The notes under the pieces were generated by a model. It was not told the DNA's origin and did not search any database. It saw nothing but the letters and a program-made list of their open reading frames with translations. Shown here in pieces: positions 40,379 to 53,391 of a stretch of 64,000 bases of DNA. This DNA comes from Octopus vulgaris. Its lineage: Eukaryota. Numbering within the stretch: position 1 is the stretch's first letter; every line of letters starts with the position of its first letter. Location of the stretch: assembly GCA_951406725.2 (NCBI GenBank), contig OX597838.1:1-64000 (forward strand), read 5' to 3'. The translations under genes were made by a program, and so were the position numbers.

Positions 40379-40541
40379 CTTTATTAAAAAGCAGCAAAAA
40401 TATCACAAAAACTGTTACTCAGTTTCATGTTCCTGTTCCTCAGACAGTTTTCTTTATATTCTAAACAAAACTGTCCAATGAACAGGAACATGAAACTCTG
40501 AGCAACAGTTTTTGAGATATCTTTGCTGCTTTTTAATAAAG
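40379..40541. repeat. Inverted repeat (~70-bp arms) carrying a decayed minimal hammerhead motif
   Basis: Minus strand 40450-40409 reads AACTGT CTGAGGA ACAGGAACAT GAAAC TGA GTA ACAGTT. Confidence 0.8.
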
Positions 40542-41339
40542 CATATTACTCTGAGCTTACACTAGTGTGTGTGTGTATATATATATATAAGATAACCTAT
40601 TGGAACCTTCCAAGTGTAGCAAGATAAATTTAATCAGTCATACCCGAGGAATTTTAGCTTTACACACTTGGAAGATTCTTCAGCATGAAACCATTCGGTA
40701 ACATGAATTGGCTGTTATGAGACTAAATTTATAATATTGTATAAATAGTATACCCACTCTTTTACCAGATATACGAATACCTGTTTCTTTTTCTTCTGAC
40801 TTATAGATGTGTGTGCGCGTGTAAATATCCAGCTGTGTATTATACGTATGCATGCAGTGTGATAACAATATCAGCTCTTCCAGGCTTGGACTCAATTTCA
40901 ATCACTAAAACTCAGGTCTAATACTACAACACGACCATTCGAAATACTCGAAATGGGTGCCAAATATCTATTGAATCATATCTTACAGTCTTAAAAAGAG
41001 GAAAAGGACGGTTACTAATATAATCTTAACGAGGATGCTAGCAAAAAAATTTTTTAAATGGGATGGTCACAGCTTGAGTGTCATTGATCATAGATTTGCT
41101 CATTCAGAACAGTCCGGGGATTAAACAAAATTCCATTATAATTCCATTCACTTTCCGTACGACTGGTATTTTATCAAACACGAAAGGGGAAAGGCAAATA
41201 CGACCTCGGTGGGATTTGAAATCAGAATGTAATGAGTCATAATAATACCTTAGACATTTTCTTCTACGCTCTAGTGATTATGCTTTGTTTATGAAGTACA
41301 ACAGAAGTGCATAAGGTGAGAAATCGAATACTTTCTTAC

Positions 41340-41619
41340 CTTCCGTGACTTTCTCCAGACGTAGTACTTCTTCAGGGGTGATGTTACCTCTCCTGGCCAG
41401 TTCCTCCTCACCCAGTAAGGGCTCACTACCGTCTCCGCCATTACCAGTCGTCGCCGTCCCCTTCTTGGACTGTGTATGATGTATTTGTTGCTGGTGGTTG
41501 TCGTGTTTGCTCTTCACCTGCCGACTCAAAAAGCTGCCCGATTTCTTCTTATTTCCAGTCGCCGTTGCCGCCGCCGCCGCCGTGGTGGCGGTGGCACCAG
41601 CCTGGTTGTTCATCATCAT
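41340..41619 (-). CDS. unc-119: Probable first coding exon of UNC-119 (myristoyl-cargo chaperone)
   Basis: Low-complexity N-terminus then EEELARRGNITPEEVLRLEKVTE, resembling UNC119 I(T/G)PE/DDVL.L..IT. A phase-1 GTAAG donor sits at 41339. First ATG is 41619 (41664 is GTG). Confidence 0.72.
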
Positions 41620-43025
41620 ATTGTTGTTCTTCCAACAACTCTCTTCACCTTCTCTCTCATACACACCACTCTGTCTTTTTATCTCTTTTTCACTCTCTGC
41701 CTATTATCAAGAATTCTCTTTATACTTCGTCTATTTCTACCTAGTTCCACTCTCTTATCGCTCTATCCCTACGCCTTGTGTGTGTATGTGTGTACATGTG
41801 GATTAGTATTTCCCTGAATATGTGTCCCCCCTCTCACCTTTTCTATTTATTTTCCTCTTCACTCTCCTTGCTCTTGTTTCTTTTCTGTGAAAGACTTCGA
41901 GATTCTTTTGTCATAATTTAATATATATTATATCTGATATATATATAAATAAATACGTAACAATAATATCTCTCACACAATTACACATACATAACATATA
42001 TATATGTGCGTGTGTGTATTTACATTTTACCGCGGTCTTGCTGTCTCTATGATTTCTCTCTCAACCCCTCACTTTAAGTTTTCACTCTTTCTCTCACACT
42101 TCCCCTCCAACTTACTCTCTTTTATCACTCTTTCCTCCCCTTCTTCCTCCAGGCTCACCAACAACAAACGGTGAAGGCAGCCCAATGTCCCCTTTTTAAG
42201 AATGTCCCCTATTCGTTATTAGTAACCAGTTTCACACCAAATGTTTCAATCTATGCACAAGTAAAATAAACAATTTACACACTTTATCAATTCACGTAGC
42301 AAACATACTCGTGATGTCAAATAGATAAATGAAGCATAAAATGCTGTTGTGTATTATATATACGCATGCTGTGTTATGAATCTACACAACCAGTTGGCAA
42401 TGAAAGCATATATTCAGTTATGTTAAAGGTGCATACAGGAAAATGTATACAATACATATCACCACACAGACCATAAGATAATGTATATTCATATATATTC
42501 AGTCATGTTAACAAGATTGGTATATGTTAATTATACAAGACAAAACGTTCTTGTTACTAAACAGAAGTATAAATATATGCAACAATAGGTGTATATATAA
42601 CACACACACATAAATAAATATACATACACGTGTGTGTTATAAGAGAATGTACATACATATATATATATATAAATTATTTTACGTGTTGTAAGTCTGGACT
42701 ATTTTTCTGTTTTCTAAACGTATATATTCGTCTTGTAGGTCTTCCCGTTTTCTCTCTGTGTATATGTATTTACCTATTCATTCATCCATCTATCTAGTGT
42801 CTTGTCCACATCACTTTATCCCATAATGATCAAACAAAAAGTAGAGGTGGATCCTTTCCACACAACATGGTAAAAGTGAATATCTTTCAAGACTGCGTAT
42901 ATAAATTCTTCGCTGTATATATATCTTGTATATGTATATATGCTTGAATATTAAATTTGTTCCAGCCTGTGTAGAGTAGAGGGTTCGGTTCGTGCATACA
43001 CACGAATAGGTGCAGTGAGCAACAG

Positions 43026-43100
43026 TCAGTAGACAATCCAAGAGATCCCTAGGCCTTCACCTCAGTAGACAATCCAAGAGATCCCTAGGCCTTCACCTCA
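43026..43100. repeat. 36-bp perfect tandem duplication
   Basis: TCAGTAGACAATCCAAGAGATCCCTAGGCCTTCACC x2. Confidence 0.9.
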
Positions 43101-44034
43101 TCAGACAAACATTAACAGTCGCCATGGTAGTCTGTTGTCGCTGTTACTAAGAGGACTCTCACTTTCACTTCCTCTCTCACTAAATTTCTCTCCCCCTCTC
43201 TCTCTCTCTCTCTCTCACTAAATCTCTCTCCCCCTCTCTCTCTCTCACTAAATCTTTCTCCCTCACTAAATCTTACTTTTTAATTCTCTCTCTCACTTAG
43301 TCATACTCTTTCATTTTTTATCCTCCCTTTGTTTCTCATTGTTTTACCCTTTTTATTTACCTCCTACCATCTCTCTATTATTCAGTCTTACCATTTTTAT
43401 TCTATCGTTTTCTTTCATTTATTTTGTGGCTGTTACAATTTCTTTCGGAAAGATCCTTTCTTTCTCACATTCACTTTTAAATACAACCCCCCCCCCCCCA
43501 ACAATGCATTTCTCTTTCTGTTTCACTCTTTCTTTTCTCTATGTCTCTCTTCTACTCTCTTGTCTTTCTTGATTAAACCCAGTCCCTAATTGACTTATCA
43601 CCGAAAATACTAAACAAGTACATTCCCTTGCTTTTTGCCTTGCACGTAGTTTGTCTCCCACACTGGACTGCGACCATACTGGAACACTAATTTGATGGAC
43701 TTTAGTCGAAGAAATCACCTCCCAGGGCATATAAATATATATATATATTTACACAAACATGTATGTATGTATAGATAAGTATGTATATATGTAGGTGTAA
43801 ATACACGCCACGAAAATTATGGAATAAATAAATAAATATATAAATAAATAAATTGAGTGGAAATCGAACCGGTGAGTGTGTTAGTTAATAAGGCGTAAAG
43901 ACAAAATGACCCTCCCCAGTGACAATATAGAAAGAGAGAGACAGAAAAAAATACAAATTTCTCCGATGTTACTCTTTCTGTTCAAGTTTTACAGTCTGTT
44001 CTTCCAACCAGCTTTTTCTTCTATCAACCCTCCC

Positions 44035-44114
<80 letters not shown>

Positions 44115-44771
44115 TCATTCATTCATCGATTCCCTCTTCTGTGATGTCATTCTGCACTTGCTCCGTCCCTACAGTCCGCCATACATCATTTAGAACTCTT
44201 TCCTACATTAACTTTTGTCTCGATGACTCTCTTCCTCGTTTTGTTTTATTTTCTGTGGGTTTTTTGTTAAAAATCTTCCCATCTCTCCGACTCCACAGGT
44301 TGTATGTAGACAGTAAGTGTTGCGTAGGAGATATGTATAGTGTATTTACTATTTGTTGTCATCTTTCTCACTTGCAAGTATTGCGTATGCGTGTGTGTTT
44401 TGTATATGCACACGCACGACAACAACGTGAAGCCTACTTGCTGGATGAATCCGGAGATTATTTATTATACGAAAGTAGATTATGATTCTCAGTTATTACC
44501 GTGTGTTAAACTGACAACAGAATTGGAAGCGTTGGACTGCTTCCAATTCCAACGCTACGATAGATAGAAGAGTGTTCTTTTCAACAGACTATGCCACTGG
44601 GAGATCCTCTGGAGAATGAAGAAGATAATGTGTGTGTGTTGTATTTTGTTGGGGGTTTTTTTTTTTGGGGGGGGGGCTTTTTTATTTTTACTAGTAGGAG
44701 TGGATTCTCAGTCCCTTAGCTCCCGCCCCATTTAGTCGCTTCTTACGCCACGCAGAGCTTACAGCGACTGT

Positions 44772-45320
44772 AGGCGGCGAGCTGGCACAAACGTTAGAAC
44801 GCCGGGCGAAATGCTGAGCGGTATTTCATCTGTCGCTACATTCTGAGTTCAAATTCCGCCGAGGTCGACTTTGTCTTTTATCCTTTCGGGGTCGATTAAA
44901 TAAGTACCAGTTACGCACTGTTGTCGATATAGTCGATTTCATCCGTTTGTCTGTCCTTGTTTGTCCCCTCTATGTGTAGCCTCTTGTGGGTAGTAAAGAA
45001 ATAGGTATTTCGTCTGCCGTTACGTTCTGAGTTCAAATTCCGCCGAGGTCGACTTTGCCTTTCATCCTTTCGGGGTCGATAAATAAAGTACCAGTTACGC
45101 ACTGGGGTCAATATAATCGACTTAATCCGTTTGTCTCTCTGTGTTTAGCCCCTTGTGGGTAGTAAAGAAATAGGTATTTCGGTTGTTTTACGTTCTGAGT
45201 TCAAATTCCGCCAAGGTCGACTTTGCATCGTTACTGGGTCGATAAATTAAGTACCAGTAGCATACTGGATCGATCTAATCGACTGGAACTCTCCCCAAAA
45301 ATGTCAGGCCTTATAGCATT
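44772..45320 (+). mobile_element. SINE with a tandemly triplicated body (~170-180 bp)
   Basis: TTCTGAGTTCAAATTCCGCCGAGGTCGACTTTG..AAGTACCAG occurs three times. Confidence 0.85.
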
Positions 45321-45509
45321 CTGCCCCCCCCCCCCCCGCCGCAGTCGCAGGGGATTAGCTAGTTAACCCATAGCTGGGACCCTTACAGTTGCTACCATTC
45401 CGGGCTAGAGTAGACCTAGGAACAATAGTGGCTAAGAGGTGGTTCCACACTCCTCAAGCCCTGAAACAGGGCCTCAGGATCCCATTACCGAATGTAGTTT
45501 AGTCATATC

Positions 45510-46330
45510 CAGGTGAGATGTTAGAGGAGGTGAGTAGTTCTAAGTATCTGGGATCACATGTGGCGGCGGATGGGGGAGGGCTGAGGAGATGGGATATAGA
45601 GTGAAGGAGGGGAGTAAGATACTTGGAGTTGTGAAAGATATGCCGAGAGATAAAAGATTGATTATGAAAGGAGAAGAGGTGTGTACGAGGGTGTGACTAT
45701 GCCGACAATGCCATATGGTGAAGAGACATGGGGTGTATGAGAGGTGGAAAGGAGGCGACTAAATGTGTTTGAGATGAGATATTTGAGGGCTATGGTTGGT
45801 TTGACACGGATGGACAGGATGAGGAATGAGGAGGTGTGAAGGCAAGCAGGGGTCAGAGAATGGAGAATGTACCAGAATGGATAGACGAATGTTGAGGTGG
45901 TTTGGCCACATGGAGAGGATGGATGAGGAGCGGATGGTAAGGAGGATGATGAAGGCAGAAGTGGTAGGCAGCAGAACCAGAGGCAGACCTCGGTTTGTGT
46001 GAATGGATGGATGGATGGATGGAGGAAAGCTTTGGTGGTCAGAGGTGTTGGAGTGAGAGAGGCAAGAGGAAAGCTCGGAGAGTGTTTGTGGACGGAGGAG
46101 TGAACTGATGTTGCTCAAAGGGCTGCGGAACCAGCATGATGCAGCGGAGGTAAACCAGCACATGCTGTCAGGCCCCGCTGCTGATATCGGGGGTTGCTTT
46201 CTATGCCTTGAGCCAAGCATAGGACGGGGCTCGCTTCTTTGAGCTGGGAAATTAATGGAATGCCTGGTGTGTGTGTGTCTTGTGGCTACCTACTCCTATG
46301 GGGAGTTTAGTCCTTGGTGTATAAGAAAAA
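45510..46330 (+). mobile_element. Degenerate RTE-LINE 3' part (third family)
   Basis: KYLGS, YGEETW, RLNVFEMRYLR, LRWFGHMERMDEER, RGRPR. Confidence 0.85.
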
Positions 46331-46723
46331 ATCGATCAGTAGTTCATAAGTCCGAAAAGAAGCACTCTAAAACTTCAGAGCTGACCACCATAGCCACTGC
46401 CACTAATATTACTAGCTACTAGTAATGTGTGTGTGTGCGCGCGCGCGTGTGTGTGTTTGTGTGTGTGTGTGTGTAGGATTGTTGGAGCCCCGGGCAAACT
46501 GAACTTTGGTGTGTACAAGCTGACGGTCGTGGAAATTTCCTTTTCTTTGTCAAGTCCTCTTTGACGCCCCCTAGCACATGGTCCCTGGGCGGCTGCCCGA
46601 GTTGCCGTTACCTGGAGCCGGCCCTGAGTTAGAGGAGGGAATATGATATCCAGCCAGATATCGAATTTCCCTGAGTAAATTTCCAAGGCTGGTTCCCTCC
46701 GATGGGGCGTTTTTTTTTATTTT

Positions 46724-48522
46724 TGTAATCTACGTAGGCGCAGTTGCCCTCCTTAACAGCAGGTTAAATAATTGAACATATAGGGGGCGTTGCGCAACAT
46801 TAAGATTCAGACACTCATCTCTTTCTGTTTCTGCATTGGAACGCGAATTGTGAAGACGTAACGTGACTGGCTCTCTGTCATACCACACGCCAGCTACCTG
46901 ATAGGAGCAAAAGCACAGAAGACCATGGCCTCTATGCACCAACCATTTATCATTCCGTTGTGTATATACGTGTGACCACAATAAACGTGTTTAAAGTTAC
47001 AACCTTGTTTATATGTCTTCATCTGGGTTTACTACCAAACGAGATTACAGCCTTCTGAGTGAGTCACATTAGGTGGCCCAACAACAACCTACCCATCTAT
47101 AATGGTGACCCTGACATGGACAACTATCCATCTATAATGGTGACCCGACGCGGAACAGAACTATACTTCTAAAATGTTGAACACCGGACGAATGTGCAGA
47201 GAAGTTGCTTCCTATGACCCAGCTCTTGAAAGATCAGCAAAAGAAAGACGCCCAGATAATGCTGTCTCCTACAGCCATCAAAGCTTTTCAGTCTGTCAAA
47301 GCTGACCTTGCTCAAGCATCCTTCCTCGCTCATCCCGCTCCGGATGCAAGATTACTGTTGATGTGTCATCATCTGCTATAGGCGCAGTTTTAGAGCAATC
47401 TGTCAACAGCCGAAGCCAGCCATTAGCCTTCTTGCGCCAGCTAAAATATACCAAATTGAGGCACAGTGTTTGGTAAAGAACTCTTAGCAATTTATCTGGC
47501 GGTGAAGCTTTTCTCTTATCTTTTCGGAGGTAGAGATTTCACGATTTTCACCGACCAAAAAGCGCTAAAGTCCGCCTCTTTGCCAAAACGGACCGGTACT
47601 CGCCCAGAGAAACAAGGCAACTGGACTACATCATAGTTCACTAGTGACATTCGCCACATCGCTAGCAATCACAACATCCCCGCCGACGCTTTATCTCGCC
47701 TGCCTATCGGTGCATCGTCGTCTCCTGCTTCGATTGATTTGGTCGCTATGGCTACTGACCAACCCTGCTTGGATTCTCTGGACGTCTCTTCATTATAGTT
47801 TTCCTGCTGCAAGTTTGAACACCTGCCTCTGCCTTTTTCAGAAGGAACCATTCTCTGCAATGTTTCTACCGGGTCACCACGACCCCTCGTTCATGAATGT
47901 CACCGTCGTGCTGTTTTTGAAGCACTGCATTCACTGTCGCACCCCAGCATTGTGGCCACAGTAAAGCTTATCTCGGCCCGCTTTTTCTGGCCGAATATGC
48001 GACGGTCTATTACTGCTTGATCATGTGCCTGTCTACCGTGTCAGCGTCCAAGGTGCATCGTCGCGCGAGAGCACCTCTTGGACACTTCCAGCCACCGGAC
48101 ACCAGGTTCCGTCACATCCACATCGACCTGGTTGGTCCTTGGCCGGTCAGTTGCGGATTTACTTATATATTGGCCTGCATCGACCGTTTCTCCAGATGGC
48201 CTCACGCCATCCCTTTCGTAGACATTTCCTCGGAAACAGTCGCCAGAGCACTCATCTCTGGGTGGATATCTCGCTTCGGAGTACCCTCTAGAATTACTAC
48301 TGATCGTGGATGCCAATTTGAAGCTTGTCTCTTCCGTGAGTTTTCGAAATTGCTCGGAATTCAGCACACCCACACCACCAGTTACCATCTCGCCGCGAAC
48401 GGTATGGTAGAAAGATTCCACTGACTTCTGAAAGCCGCAATTCGCACGGCTCCTGACCCTCATCGTTGGTCCGATTTTCTTCCCATTGTTCTGTTAGGGT
48501 ACCGCTTAGCTGTCAAGGAGAC
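46724..48522 (+). mobile_element. Internally deleted Gypsy/Ty3 LTR retrotransposon (probable LTR, duplicated PBS, RNase H, integrase)
   Basis: TGGTGACCC PBS-like motifs at 47103 and 47138; ELLAIYLAVK, FTDQK, ADALSR; [34 protein letters not shown] boundaries are uncertain. Confidence 0.85.
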
Positions 48523-51303
48523 AGCCACCGAAACCTCTTCACAGGTAGTCCAGGGATGAGATTGAGAACATCCTCACTAACTACAGACTGCTGGTTCAAA
48601 AGTCCATCAAAGTGTTCTCACCACCTTCGCAGAATCCCTTGTGAATCATGAAGTTCTTTACCATTCCTGCTTCATCAGAGAAGAAGTCGGTCCATAAACT
48701 TCTCGCAAGAGACCATACAACAGCTTTGTGTTATTGGAATCCGCTGCCGCCTGTATCTCATCAGCCTTCTTACTCCACCACGTATCCCTCATCTGAGAGA
48801 GCCTCCGCCTCACACGTGATTTCACATCCTTGAGTTCCCTATGCAACACCTCCCTCTCCTGTGGCTTTGCTGACAAATAGCGTGACAAAGTACATCTTTT
48901 ATCAGCCAATAAATCTTCTATATGTTCATCATTTTCTTTAAACCAATCTTGATGCTTTCTTTGTATCAATCCCAGAACTTTCCTGCCTATATTATAAACT
49001 AATTCTTTAAGGGTCAGCCAATCCTCCCCAATAACTGCAACATTCATTTCCTCTCGTAAAGTTCTCTTCACATTATTACATCTGAGGAGCAACATTCATT
49101 CTTTTAGGCAGGGTAATACCTGCAGCCCGGATTTTACGTTTTGTGATTAATTTCACTTTTGCACGTACCAGGTGGTGATCAGTCCAACACTCAGTCCCAC
49201 GAAGAACACGAACACACTGCACATGTCGTCTGTCATGCACACTAACAAGGATGTAATCCAGAATGGATTTCCAATTGCAGTCAATGTGTTAAAATCCCTA
49301 CCCACTCTAGCATTAAAGTCACCCAGTACGACGACTGTCTGCCCGAGGGATATTTACCTCCGCCAAGGAAGGAGGTTATGTTTTCATTGGCGTTGGTTTG
49401 TCCATCAGCCCGTCTGTGTGCAAAATAACTCAAAAAGTTGTGATACAAGGAACAGATGATGAGATTTTGGTAGTGATCCGGGAATTTTTATGGATTCTTG
49501 AAAGATTTTTCATTTGTTATATCTACTTTACATGAAGTATTACAATGTTACGTTCTTTGGTTATCTCCCTTGAAAACACGCTCATCGTTTCCACGTAACC
49601 TATGGTGGCGTTGCTGTTTCCAAAGTTTATTTTCGTTTCTCTATTAGTAACCAAGGTAGGGGGTTATGTTTTCATTGGCGTTGGTTTGTCCGTCTGTCTG
49701 TCTGTGTGCAAAATAACTCAAAAAGTGTTGTGAACGGTATTTGATGAAACTTGCAGGATGTGTATCACTCAAGTTTTAGGTGATTGTTGTTTCTTTTCAG
49801 TTGTATGGTGAAACTAGCTTGCTGTTGTCCTTGACGTATTAGAACTACTTCAGATGATTCCTGTTTTTAAAGGGTTTTTTTTAAAGTCATATGGCCGTGT
49901 TTTTTTACCCCCCCCCCCCGCCAAGGGGTTATGTTTTTGCCGGCGTTGGTTTGGGAAATGGGGCGATTTTCAGCATGCGTGTATATGGGTGGAAATGAGC
50001 TGCTTGGCGGAGGTCTGCGCTCTCCGAGTGCTTTTCTAGTTCTTATAATGCCCTTCAAAGCATGGTAGAAAGAAACTTTTTCGTCATCAGTAGAGCTCAT
50101 AGTTGGAGCATACACACTCACCAAGGTTACATAATTTCCTTTCACCAAAGGAATTCTCATGGACATAAGACGCTCGTTAATCCCGACTAGGAATTCTTCC
50201 AAATTGTCCACAAAAGTAGTCTTAACAGTAAATGCTACTCCAGCCTCTCCTCTAAACTTTTCATCTCTCCCTTTCCAGAAGAATGAATATTTTCCACAAG
50301 ATGACCATCTCCAGCTAATCTCGTCATAGCGTCAAAACTCCTTTGCAACAAGAGCAGTCCTTTGTTCAGGACATTCTGAGGACTCGCAGTCAAGCAGTGT
50401 CCGTACATTCCAACAGCCAATATTCAATATTTTATTTGATTCTATCACAGAAGCATGATGATGGCCGGGTTCAGATTGTGATGCTCTGGAGCCCCTGCCG
50501 GACCAGACACTTTCACCTAATGTGGTTCCAGAGTCCTTATTACCATATATTTTTATATTGTTTTGGTACAGCATTGATTGTTTGCTATTTAAGGCTACAT
50601 CCAGCCATTCAGTTGAGACTCATAGCACTATCAACAATCATCAATTAGTTAATTCATTAATCAATCAATCAATGTTGTTATCGTGCAGTGCCTGTGCAAG
50701 AAGATTTTATTTTTAAAGTGAGGGAATGCTGTGCACAGAGTCAATCCCACTCACTAAACAACAGCAGCCATAACCTGAAAAGAAGAACAAGTCAACATCA
50801 TCGGTAACCACTGAGCCGCAGGTTTTATGTCGGAGTTATCCCATTTACCTGAGTTGCCTTCTTTTAGAATGATGCCCTAACAAGGGCTAGGGGTCTTTCA
50901 CTCCCAATGGTTTAACCGCGCGATAAGGTATTCAGTCCGATTATTTCTATGTCCCCGCGCAAAATACAAACATTAGCTGGATAAAATAGATATAAGAAAG
51001 AAAAAAAAACACGCACGATATATAAAAATATTGATATACAATATATACATAAAATATACGATATGGAATACAAAACAATATATATAATGAGCAAACTATA
51101 AAAATATACAATATATAAAATTAGCGAGAAAAAGTGGGATATACAGTAAATACATAATTACACACATATTAAATGGCCGTTGACTCTCAAGAGTTCCTCC
51201 GCCTTTTGACGACGAGCTTTGTTTTTCATCCGGCAGGGTGGCTAATAAACAAACACCCCCCTTACCAAGTAAGCTTGGTGGGGTTGCCGGTTTAGTCGCC
51301 GAT
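48523..51303 (-). mobile_element. Degenerate RTE-clade LINE 5' half (5' UTR, APE, linker)
   Basis: NIGCWNVRTLLD, ERLMSMRIPL, SVYAPT, LGDFNARVG, RKHQDWF.EN, WWSKKADEIQ.AAD. Confidence 0.85.
49353..50040 (+). mobile_element. Helentron-associated (DINE-1/HINE-like) non-autonomous element inserted in the RTE
   Basis: Subterminal inverted repeats CCTCCGCCAAG / CTTGGCGGAGG, 3' hairpin GCGCTCTCCGAGTGC then TTTTCTAG, GTCT repeats, T-rich junctions. Confidence 0.8.
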
Positions 51304-52001
51304 GATTAGCGGTAGAAAATCTTATACAAAAGCTGAAAATATGCATGCCCCAGATTTGGATGTACTGTGTGAATTTGTTATCAAGGTATGGAATGATATT
51401 AAAGCGGAAACGTTCATCAGGTCTTTTAAAATGTGTGGATTATCTAATTCACCAGATGGTACCGAGGATAACTTGTTGTGGGAGGATGAGAGGGAAGCAG
51501 AAGTCGAAGCCACTTCATCTGATTGTGAGTTTGAACCTTACGATGATTCTCTGGTAAATGTATCTCACAATGTTCTTCAAGGACTTCTGCTGTCAGCTGA
51601 TGATGATGATGATGATGATGATGTGCCTTTTGAAGGTTTTTAATACATGATGACTGAAATTGTGATAATTTTATTAAACCATGATAATTAAAATCTTCAT
51701 TGTTTAATTTGCTTTTAAAATATTGTGAAACAGTATATTAAATGGATGATGTATATGTATATTTCTGTAATAAATGTATTCAGTATACATGCCATCTTTA
51801 GCACGTACCTCCTGGTGTAATCAAATAAATTAGAAAAGAGTCGATCAGAAACTGGTGCAAACAGTTCCAACACAGTCCTGCCAATAGTCTCGTGAAGCAA
51901 GACAAAATTTACAAATTAAAGAAAATAGCAGTGTACTTTTAATGGAAATTCTGAGTGTCGTCTTGTACACCCAATCGTATTATACGCCGGCATATACAGT
52001 A
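51304..52001 (+). mobile_element. pogo/Tigger transposase C-terminus and right end
   Basis: WNDIKAETFIRSFKMCGLSNSPDGTEDNLLW, acidic tail, end TATACGCCGGCATATACAG|TA. Confidence 0.75.
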
Positions 52002-52079
52002 GTATATATATAAGATTGATTCAATTGAAAATTAGTACTTAAACTGAGGCACCTCGTTAGGTCGGAATAATATACACAC

Positions 52080-52438
52080 ACAACGTGGCACTCCGTCGGT
52101 TACGACGACGAGGGTCCCAGTTGATCCGATCAACCGAACAGCCTGCTCGTGAAATTAACGTGCAAGTGGCTGAGCAGACACGCGTACTTTTACGTACTTC
52201 TCGGGAAGATTCAGCGTGACACAACGTGTGACAAGGCTGGCCTTTTGAAATACAGGTACAACAGAAACTGGAAGAAAGAGTGAGAGAAAGTTTTGAGGAA
52301 AGAGTTCAGCAGGGTTTACCCCACTTCTCCCACTGCCGGAGCCTCGTGGAGCTTTAGGTGTTTTCGCTCAAACACTCGCCCAGTCTGGAAATCGAAACCG
52401 TGATCTACGACCGCGAGTTCGCTGCTCTAACCACTGGG

Positions 52439-52440
<2 letters not shown>
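52080..52440 (-). mobile_element. tRNA-derived SINE inserted in (CA)n
   Basis: Minus strand GGCCCAGTGGTTAGAGC..GGTTTCGATTTCC. Confidence 0.8.
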
Positions 52441-52500
<60 letters not shown>

Positions 52501-53391
52501 ATATTAAGTAAATATCAAGCTTGGCACATAAGTATCGGCCGAATGATATTCTTCCGGTGCATGTAGACAAAAAATCTTACGAAGGGCAGATTCCGAGATA
52601 ATTAAATAAAATATGAGTAACAGTAGAAGTACAAATGTCAACCCATTACAGCCGTTTCTAACGACTCCTTTGATTGATTAATGAAAACATTACATCATTG
52701 TAAAGAAACTGTTTTCATCAGATAAAATCATGAACTTCAAAATAAAGGACATTCAAAATAATTTAACAGTTTAAAATCCACGGAGCAAAAAGATTCACAG
52801 TGATTCTGCGACTATTTCAGTTGGCAGAATGGATTTACCGGAATAGTGTATATTTGACCAGAACAGAGAAATCTAGGGGTTAGTAGAGTTTTTATAGAAC
52901 ATGTGTTGCGTGTTAACTCGTGGAAATAATACAAGAAACGAACTTTAGAATAACAACAAGGCTTATTCTTCTGCTAAATTATACAATGGACCAAATAACG
53001 CATCATAAATTCTGTTGGTTGGATAGTTCATCCATCGTTAGGATAATTCATCTCTGGCCATCGTTCGTTACAAGTGCCTCATTATCAGCAAGAAAATATG
53101 ATGTATGCCCTGGGAAATTCTCTCACCTCTCTAATCATAATAATTTTTTATAACGTAGTTTCTGTATATATCACCTTCGTGTCGTGCACTAATAACAGTG
53201 TCATATATACAGTACTACGGAACGGGGTAGACACCAACTGTCTCCATTTGTTGTATTCCTAAAATACTCTGCCAACAACTGTAACCAATTCAAAACTACT
53301 CTTAACGAATTATAACAACTGCTCTTCAGTTTCCTGCAATTCCACAAACTCACGAACGACACCTTTCGACTTCATGTGATTTCTCACCTCT

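Noticed and set aside
43860-44320. Possible divergent plus-strand first exon (GTGAGT/GTAAGT donors)
   Set aside because: There is no coding or promoter support beyond short motifs.
51175-51303. Possible HDV-like ribozyme at the RTE 5' end (also 18860-19015)
   Set aside because: I could not fit the nested double pseudoknot by eye; it needs a descriptor search.
52500-53390. Unassigned sequence with short ORFs left of E0
   Set aside because: No recognisable protein motif or terminal structure, and no convincing TSD for E0.
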